From a virus (Duplodnaviria > Caudoviricetes): a DNA stretch of 64,000 nt. Location: positions 1 through 64,000 of IMG/VR virus record IMGVR_UViG_3300029288_000072. One strand, given 5' to 3'. This document shows, piece after piece, positions 57,012 through 64,000 of this stretch (position 1 is its first letter; every line of letters starts with the position of its first letter). The notes under the pieces are model-generated. The model did no database searches, was not told where the DNA came from, and saw only the letters and a list, made by a program, of their open reading frames with translations. The position numbers and the translations under genes were made by a program.

Positions 57012-57619
57012 ATGAAGATATTCTTCACATCGGATATTCATTTTTTATCCATTTTGGGCATAAAAATATTATAAAGTATTGTAATCGACCATTCAAATCT
57101 GTTGATGAAATGAATGAGACTATAATTTATAATTGGAATAATACAGTGACATTAGACGATACTATATATTGTTTAGGAGATTTTGGGTTTGGTCCCGTCA
57201 ATAATTTATTACCATTATTTAATAGACTCAATGGCAAAAAAATATTAATTCGCGGAAATCATGATAAAAAAGATGTAATAAAATTACCATGGGATTCTAT
57301 TCATGATATTCTTGAAGTAAAATATCAAAATATAACATATAACCTATGTCATTATCCTGATTATCATATGAGGACATGTAGTAAGTCTTCTTATGACACT
57401 AGATATCTTTTTGGTCATTGTCACGGTGCATTAACTCCACATAATTGTTCTTGTGATGTTGGTATGGATTGTTGGGGGTTTACTCCAGTTTCTATATTAC
57501 AACTTGATAAGCTTTTTGAAAACCTTCCTAAAAACATAAATGAAACAATATTAGAAACTAATACCATATGGAATGCTATCCAATTTATGGATAAAATAGA
57601 TCAAAATACAATAATATAA
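57012..57619 (+). pseudogene. Calcineurin-like metallophosphoesterase with a frameshift near the 5' end
   Basis: MKIFFTSDIHF is out of frame with HFGHKNII...LGD...GNHD...HYP...GHCH. Confidence 0.75.
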
Positions 57620-57693
57620 AATTAATAAAATATTTGAAAGTTATATTTTTAATGATATAATCATATTTAATAACCACTCATTAAAGGAAATAA

Positions 57694-58236
57694 ATGCCTA
57701 AGAATACATTAATAGTGAATCTTTTTGCTGGACCTGGAGCAGGAAAATCAACGGTTGCAGCAGGAGTGTTTGAAGGATTAAAAGAACAAAACATAGATTG
57801 TGAATTAATCACTGAATATGCAAAACAAGCTACATGGGAAGAAAATAAACTTGCGTTAAAAGATCAGTTTTATACTTCTGCGAATCAATATCATAGAGAA
57901 TTTATCGTTTATGGTAAAGTTGATGTTATCGTAACAGATTCTCCTATTTTAATAGGACTTATGTATTTTTCAGATCCAAATGAACGTAAGTTTTTTGCAT
58001 TAAGAAAATATCTATTAGAATGCTTTACTGAACGAAAGAATTTAAATATATTTCTTGACAGAGTAAAGACATATAATCCAAATGGAAGAAACCAAACAGA
58101 ACAAGAATCTTCTCAAATAGATTTAAAAATAAATACGTTTTTAAATGAAAATAAAATACCATATATTAATGTTCCTGGAAATCAAATTGGAAAAACCAAA
58201 ATTCTTGAAGAAATTTTAAAATCAATTAAAGGTTAA
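57694..58236 (+). CDS. P-loop nucleotide-kinase-like (AAA_28/NadR-type) protein
   Basis: GPGAGKST, VTDSP, GRNQ. Confidence 0.75.
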   Translation: MPKNTLIVNLFAGPGAGKSTVAAGVFEGLKEQNIDCELITEYAKQATWEENKLALKDQFYTSANQYHREFIVYGKVDVIVTDSPILIGLMYFSDPNERKFFALRKYLLECFTERKNLNIFLDRVKTYNPNGRNQTEQESSQIDLKINTFLNENKIPYINVPGNQIGKTKILEEILKSIKG

Positions 58237-58960
58237 TATATGCAATTTAAACCATGGATCGAAATGATGTGTAATATCGCATTTTTATTATTTTTGGTTA
58301 TTGCCATAACATATTTAAATATTTGGATGTTTGTATTTGGTATAATATTATTAGTCATATTATTTGTAATAATTTCGTTTTTCACGACACGAAATAATCC
58401 TATAGAAATAAAAGACAATGATCCAGAATTAGTATGGCAAAGGAATCAGAAAAAATGAGTTGGGATTATCGTATAGCTAGACAAATATGTGATAAAGGAA
58501 AAAAGTATGAGAGTTTTTCATATTTTATTGTAGAAGCATATTATGACGAAAATAATAAAGTTTTTATGATTTCTGATCAAGCACAATCTCCATATGGAGA
58601 AAATATTTGTGAATTAATGGAAAATTGGGTTATGTTTGCTGATGCGTTCAATAAACCAATTTTAGATTATGATAATATTCCAGAACCAGGAGCAAAAAAT
58701 ATAATTGAGAACGAATTAAATGATTTAAAAGATGATTTAAAAAATAACGCAATTGAATACTTAGAAAAAGAAGGAAAAATATCAAGATTTTTAATAGAAG
58801 ATTTAATTACAGAAGAAGAGTATGAACAATATAAAAAAGATGAGGATGACAAAAGAAAAGAATCTGAAATGAAATATTATGTTGACAATGTAGGAACAAA
58901 TATAATAGATGTAATTAAGAAAATTATTGTTAAATATTTTACACCAAAAAAGGAAAACAA

Positions 58961-59755
58961 ATGATACACCCAACATTGGGAGATAGAATGAAACGTTATG
59001 AAGAAGTTTTTAATACTTCTTTAATGCGTAGAACACCAGTCATTATTAGATTGGACGGAAAAGCATTTCATACATATACAAGAGATAGAAAGAAACCAGT
59101 AGATGAAAATTTATCTTTGGCTATGCAATTTGCAACTCAATATCTTGTTAAAAATATTCAGGGGTGTAAATTTGGGTACACACAATCAGATGAAATTAGT
59201 TTATTATTGACTGATTATGATACATTAGAAACTGATGCATGGTTCGATAATACTATTCAGAAAATAGTTAGTATATCCGCATCATATTGTACATTGATTT
59301 TTAATAGACAATTACATTCACTAGATATGTTGAAAGCATCATATGATCCCAAAATACAAATAAAACCACCTAAAGATGCATATTTTGATTCTAGAGCATT
59401 TAATCTTCCTAGAGAAGAAGTATGTAATTATTTTATTTGGAGACAACAAGATTGTAGAAAAAATGCTATATCTATGGCAGCACAAGCAAATTTCTCTCAT
59501 AAACAGTTGCATAAAATGAAGTCTGGTGATAAAATCGCAATGTTATCAACAGTAGGAATTGATTTTGAAACAGTATATCCGAAATCATTTCGGTATGGAG
59601 CAGTATATCATCGTAAACTAGATGATTATGGTATGCATGTTCGATTTCATACTGATTGTGATATTGAAATACCAGACTTTAAAGAAGATAGAGAATATAT
59701 TAACCGATTTGTTTATTCAGAAAGTGAAACAGATGCAAAACAAGAGAATATTTGA
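58961..59755 (+). CDS. tRNA(His) guanylyltransferase Thg1-like protein
   Basis: RLDGKAFH, YTQSDEISL, FDSR, YFIWRQQDC.KN. Confidence 0.92.
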   Translation: MIHPTLGDRMKRYEEVFNTSLMRRTPVIIRLDGKAFHTYTRDRKKPVDENLSLAMQFATQYLVKNIQGCKFGYTQSDEISLLLTDYDTLETDAWFDNTIQKIVSISASYCTLIFNRQLHSLDMLKASYDPKIQIKPPKDAYFDSRAFNLPREEVCNYFIWRQQDCRKNAISMAAQANFSHKQLHKMKSGDKIAMLSTVGIDFETVYPKSFRYGAVYHRKLDDYGMHVRFHTDCDIEIPDFKEDREYINRFVYSESETDAKQENI

Positions 59756-60030
59756 AATAGATTACTATTATCTATTACAATTTAATAATCTTAAAACATT
59801 GCTTGTTGAATCTGAAAGCAGAACCCAGGCAGAAGATTATTGTAGAAAATTGGAATATCCAAATAAAATAAACATAAAACATATCAAATACCATTGGGCA
59901 AAATAGAAAGGAAAACATGTTTAAATACATCAAGTTACTCAAAAAAGAATTTTTATCTTCAAGAAATAGAAATAAGATATTATCTTATGATTTTAATCAA
60001 ACACAAGAAGAAATTGACAATTCATCTGTT

Positions 60031-61337
60031 CTGTGGCAAGGAAACCCACTACCTTTAGGTGGTGGGAGGAATTACCACATCCTCCTTTCTTAATAGTGTA
60101 TCACTCAACATTATACAACATATTGTATAATATAAAAATAGTTTGTCAAATCTTATTTTCCGGATATAAATAACTATGTATTGAAGAAATAATGAGGCTA
60201 TAATGAAACTAGCAACGAGAGTAAAACTACTAGCAAACAAAAGTGAGAAAGAACAACTCACTCAAGTTATGATTGCTACTAATAGAGCCTCTAATTGGGT
60301 TGCTGAAGTTGCATTTAATAATAAAACTTTTGGTCAAGTTCAACTTCACAAACTCGTATATTACGAAATTAAGCAAAGGTTTAATCTTTCTTCTCAACTT
60401 GCTGTAAGATCAATAGGTAGAGTCGTAGATGTATATAAAAATAAAAAACAAAGAAGTAAAGTTATAAAATTTGATGAAATGAGTGCAATTGATTATGATA
60501 CTCGCAATCTTTCAATTAAAAAAGATAGTGAAATTTCCATAACAACTCTTGGAAAAAGAATTAAGTTACAATATAGAAGTCGTAAGCCATTGGAAACTTA
60601 TGAATTATGCACCCAAAGTGAATTGAGTTATGATAAAGCAAAGGGGAAGTTTTATGTTAACTTCTTCCGCATTGAAAACGAAAAAGCAAATGATGAAGTA
60701 AAAGATTTCCTCGGTGTAGATTTAGGTATAGTGAATCTTGCTACTTGTAGTGATGGTGAAGTGGTAAGTGGTGAACGAGTAGAAAGTTATAGAAAGAAAA
60801 TAACTTTACATAAAAGTAATTTACAAAGTAAAGGTAGTAGAAGTGCAAAGCGTAGATTAAAGAAAATAAGTAAAAAAGAAGCAAGATTCAAGAAAGATAC
60901 GAACCATTGTATAAGTAAGCGTTTAGTTCAAAAAGCAAAGACACTTGGAGTTGGAATCAAATTAGAAGATCTAAACTTCAAGAAACAAGTTCCGCAAAAA
61001 GGTTGGACTAAAGAATGGAAAGATAATAATGCAAGAAAGGGTAAGTGGGCATTTGGTCAATTAAGAAAATTTATTGACTACAAGGCTAAACTTATCGGTG
61101 TTCCAGTGTTATATATTAATCCTGCTTATACGAGTCAAATGTGTAGCAAGTGTGGTCATACTCACGAAGAAAATAGATTAACTCAAAGTGAGTTTAAATG
61201 TATTTCTTGTGGATATAGTGAAAATGCTGATTACAATGCTGCTATTAATATTTCAAGGGCTGAAATCAACCAGCCTATTGTAGCGACTCGCAAGAGTTAG
61301 TTACAAACCCACTACCTTTAGGTGGTGGGTAGTTGAT
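60031..61337 (+). mobile_element. IS200/IS605 (IS1341-type, tnpB-only) element, same family as 40307-41577
   Basis: Same subterminal hairpins and right end. Confidence 0.85.
60203..61300 (+). CDS. tnpB: TnpB
   Basis: RuvC motifs and Zn finger intact. Confidence 0.92.
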   Translation: MKLATRVKLLANKSEKEQLTQVMIATNRASNWVAEVAFNNKTFGQVQLHKLVYYEIKQRFNLSSQLAVRSIGRVVDVYKNKKQRSKVIKFDEMSAIDYDTRNLSIKKDSEISITTLGKRIKLQYRSRKPLETYELCTQSELSYDKAKGKFYVNFFRIENEKANDEVKDFLGVDLGIVNLATCSDGEVVSGERVESYRKKITLHKSNLQSKGSRSAKRRLKKISKKEARFKKDTNHCISKRLVQKAKTLGVGIKLEDLNFKKQVPQKGWTKEWKDNNARKGKWAFGQLRKFIDYKAKLIGVPVLYINPAYTSQMCSKCGHTHEENRLTQSEFKCISCGYSENADYNAAINISRAEINQPIVATRKS

Positions 61338-61342
61338 TTAGA

Positions 61343-61660
61343 ATGTATGTATTAGTTAGACGAGATATCTTGCCTTTAGTACATTGTGCTGTACAAGCCA
61401 GTCATTCTGTCGCCGAATTCGTATTCTATCACTATAATGATAATACAAAATTGTGGTTGACTCTTGAAAAAACAATGATAATATTGGAAGCATCGCAAGA
61501 GCAAATAGAGGAAAAAATGAAGTGGTTCGCAGATAGACATATGAATTATCAGCCATTTTGGGAACCAGATATGTCTAATGCTATGACTGCAGTTGCATTC
61601 CAACCGATTAAAACCTCATTTGCAAAAGAAATATTTTCTGATTTAAAACTTTTAAGTTAA
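61343..61660 (+). CDS. Pth2-like peptidyl-tRNA hydrolase family protein
   Basis: YVLVRRD...AVQASH...EPD....TAVA. Confidence 0.7.
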   Translation: MYVLVRRDILPLVHCAVQASHSVAEFVFYHYNDNTKLWLTLEKTMIILEASQEQIEEKMKWFADRHMNYQPFWEPDMSNAMTAVAFQPIKTSFAKEIFSDLKLLS

Positions 61661-61670
61661 AGGAATAATA

Positions 61671-62117
61671 ATGTCAACATTTCCAGATATGATTCAAATC
61701 GAATTAACGAAGTCATCTGCTGAACAATTAGCAGCAATAGTTAATAATGGTAAATATCCTGTTAAATATATGCACCATGTAACATTAGCATTTAGACCGA
61801 ACCAAACTCAATATAAACAAATTGTAATGTTAGATCCAACCAATCCATTACAATCCGGCGAAAAAGTTAAAATAGATCTTTTAACATATATTTATGATGA
61901 TGATTTTGGTGTTGATGCAGTAACAGTTCAAATGCGTAGATTAAACGGTGATGATATTATTTCTTTAAATAAATATCCTCATATAACAATATCTACAATA
62001 GCAGATAAAAAACCAAAAGATAGTAATGAATTATTAGAAAAAACAAATCATAATAAATTTGAGGATATTCCATTAACGCTTGATGGTATTGTTAAATTTA
62101 TTACATATAAATCTTAA
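61671..62117 (+). CDS. 2H phosphoesterase-like protein
   Basis: HHVTL and PHITI motifs. Confidence 0.7.
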   Translation: MSTFPDMIQIELTKSSAEQLAAIVNNGKYPVKYMHHVTLAFRPNQTQYKQIVMLDPTNPLQSGEKVKIDLLTYIYDDDFGVDAVTVQMRRLNGDDIISLNKYPHITISTIADKKPKDSNELLEKTNHNKFEDIPLTLDGIVKFITYKS

Positions 62118-62134
62118 AAATAAGGATATACGTT

Positions 62135-64000
62135 ATGATAGATAAAAAAGAAATTGAAACTCTTGCAAAAGAGTTAGAAAATGCAGATTACTTATATTAT
62201 AATTTTGGAACGTCTGAATATACAGACGAAGAATATGATGCGATGGAAGATCGTTTATTTAAACTCGACCCAAAAAATAAAAGATTTAAAGATGGTAAAA
62301 GAAATATTGTTGGTGCTAAAACAGATAAAAATGATCGTTGGGAAAAAGTTAAACACAATTATAAAATGGGCAGTCAATTAAAAATAACAACGTTTGACGG
62401 ATTAAAAAAATGGGCAAATGATCTTGGACAAACAGAAAGATATGTTGTACAAGATAAATTGGATGGTATTTCTATTAGATTAGAATATAAAGATGGAGAA
62501 TTAATTGAAGCAGTAACTCGCGGCGATGGTCATTTAGGAGAAAATATTTTACGAAATGTTCTTAAAATGGAAGGAATTCCTTCTATTATTAAATGTGAAG
62601 AACCATTAAGTGTTCGTGGAGAAATATTATTATTTAAGAGTAATTTTCATCATTTTGAAGATGGCAAAACATTAAGAAATGTTGCAGCAGGAACATCAAA
62701 AAGATTGGATGGTAAAGGATGTGATTGGTTAAATGTAAAAGTATATGATGTTCAAAACTGGAAAGATTTTGGATTCAATAAAGTAAGTTCATCATTGGAA
62801 TTTCTACAAGAACAAGGATTTGATGTTGTAAATTATAAAGTAGTAAAAACTCTAGATGATGTTCAGAATGTATTTGATAAATATGTAAAATCAATTAGAG
62901 ATTCCCTAGATTGGGACATTGATGGTCTTGTAATAAAGGCTGGTTTATTTGAAGATGATGATTGGGCTGCACCTAAAAGATCTATTGCATACAAATTCCC
63001 CGCAAAAACAGCAGTTACAAAATTGTTAGATGTTGTTTGGCAAGATTCTGGTGGAAGAATATCACCAGTTGCTATTCTTGATCCTGCTGTTATTGATGGT
63101 GTTACTATTTCGCGTGCAACATTAAATAACGTAGATCATATCAAGAAATTAAATATCAAAATCGGAGATACAGTAGAAATAAGTAGAAGGAACGATGTTA
63201 TTCCATGTATTGAAAAAGTATTAATTTCCGATAAAACAGGAAAAGATATAAGTCCACCAACACATGACGAAGACGGGTTTCCAATTGTTCATGAAACAAA
63301 TGCTGATGGAGAAAAATTGGTATATCTAATATCTACAAATCCTAATAGTAAGTCTAAAATCGTCAGAAGTATTGTTAAATGGTTTACTGCCCATGATGCT
63401 AAAGGAATTGCCGAAGCAACTGCAGAAGCATTATTCGATGCAAATATTATAAAAGATTTGCCTTCATTTTATGATGTTTGTATGAACGGGCATGATGATC
63501 TAATGAGTTTAGACGGATTTGGTTCTGGTACTTATAAAATAATGAAAAAAGCAGCATTAACAACGTGTAAAACAACATTAGTTAAATTTTTAACTGCAAT
63601 GGATCTAAATAATATAGGATCAAAAATTATAGAATCTATATTATCATTCAATAATAAAAAGATTGATTTAGACTCATTTATAGATTATGTAAAAGATATT
63701 AATACTATCTCAAATATTCCCGGTATTGGTATTAACACTGCAAAACAAATAAATAATGAAATTAAAAAGAAATTGTCTTTAATTAGTGCAATGAAAACAA
63801 GAGTTCAAATTGACACTTGGGAGCCTGTAAAGGCTTCTAGCACAAAAGTTAATGGTCTATCATTCTGTTTTACTGGTAAAATGGATTCTGATAGGAATAC
63901 TCTTGAAAATATAGTAAAAGAAAATAGTGGGATTGTTGCTGGTGTAAGTAAAACTCTAAATTATCTAGTAACAAATGATCCTAATTCCGGATCATCTAAA
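62135..64000 (+). CDS. ligA: NAD-dependent DNA ligase, partial (runs off the right edge)
   Basis: Manual translation: YYY...DEEYD, KLDGIS, TRGDG..GE, VRGE, IDGLVIK, IAYKF, C-terminal BRCT-like FCFTG. Confidence 0.92.
   Translation, partial: MIDKKEIETLAKELENADYLYYNFGTSEYTDEEYDAMEDRLFKLDPKNKRFKDGKRNIVGAKTDKNDRWEKVKHNYKMGSQLKITTFDGLKKWANDLGQTERYVVQDKLDGISIRLEYKDGELIEAVTRGDGHLGENILRNVLKMEGIPSIIKCEEPLSVRGEILLFKSNFHHFEDGKTLRNVAAGTSKRLDGKGCDWLNVKVYDVQNWKDFGFNKVSSSLEFLQEQGFDVVNYKVVKTLDDVQNVFDKYVKSIRDSLDWDIDGLVIKAGLFEDDDWAAPKRSIAYKFPAKTAVTKLLDVVWQDSGGRISPVAILDPAVIDGVTISRATLNNVDHIKKLNIKIGDTVEISRRNDVIPCIEKVLISDKTGKDISPPTHDEDGFPIVHETNADGEKLVYLISTNPNSKSKIVRSIVKWFTAHDAKGIAEATAEALFDANIIKDLPSFYDVCMNGHDDLMSLDGFGSGTYKIMKKAALTTCKTTLVKFLTAMDLNNIGSKIIESILSFNNKKIDLDSFIDYVKDINTISNIPGIGINTAKQINNEIKKKLSLISAMKTRVQIDTWEPVKASSTKVNGLSFCFTGKMDSDRNTLENIVKENSGIVAGVSKTLNYLVTNDPNSGSSK

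Noticed and set aside
40307-61337. A second inversion between the two oppositely oriented IS605 elements
   Set aside because: Cross-joining the flanks does not restore a convincing receiver-domain C-terminus, and intervening genes are co-oriented with both flanks
1-64000. Alternative genetic code (stop reassignment)
   Set aside because: Long recognisable genes are intact in code 11 and end in TAA, TAG or TGA

Overview
AT-rich DNA from a large (jumbo-type) tailed phage, probably infecting a Gram-negative host because it carries a PagL-like outer-membrane protein. There are no rRNA, tRNA or CRISPR features that I can support. (1) 1-12.5 kb is a leftward-transcribed, probably early region. It is built from small cassettes, most with their own TTGACA-N15/16-TATAAT promoter, and is punctuated by 15 copies of a 24-bp repeat with AATGAGT(G/A/T)TAAA boxes and terminators. 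Five cassettes have no convincing ORF and look like structured small RNAs. (2) 12.5-13.0 kb is a non-coding junction with a G/C-run inverted repeat, iteron-like repeats and a local GC-skew flip, so it is a candidate origin or terminus. (3) 13-64 kb is dense with small ORFs (minus strand to ~29.4 kb, then mostly plus). It contains four TnpB-family genes without TnpA, a LAGLIDADG endonuclease, radical SAM, NADAR, two 2H phosphoesterases, ATP-grasp, Thg1-like, Pth2-like and a partial NAD-dependent DNA ligase. The main findings are: the repeat/ncRNA cassette array with 15-bp-spacer promoters; a 186-bp TnpB right-end (omegaRNA) inverted duplication bracketing a ~12-kb segment that appears to have inverted; and a dispersed family of micro-ORFs sharing a C-terminal F-x-x-L-W helix. 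Family calls come from motif recognition by eye, not from database searches.
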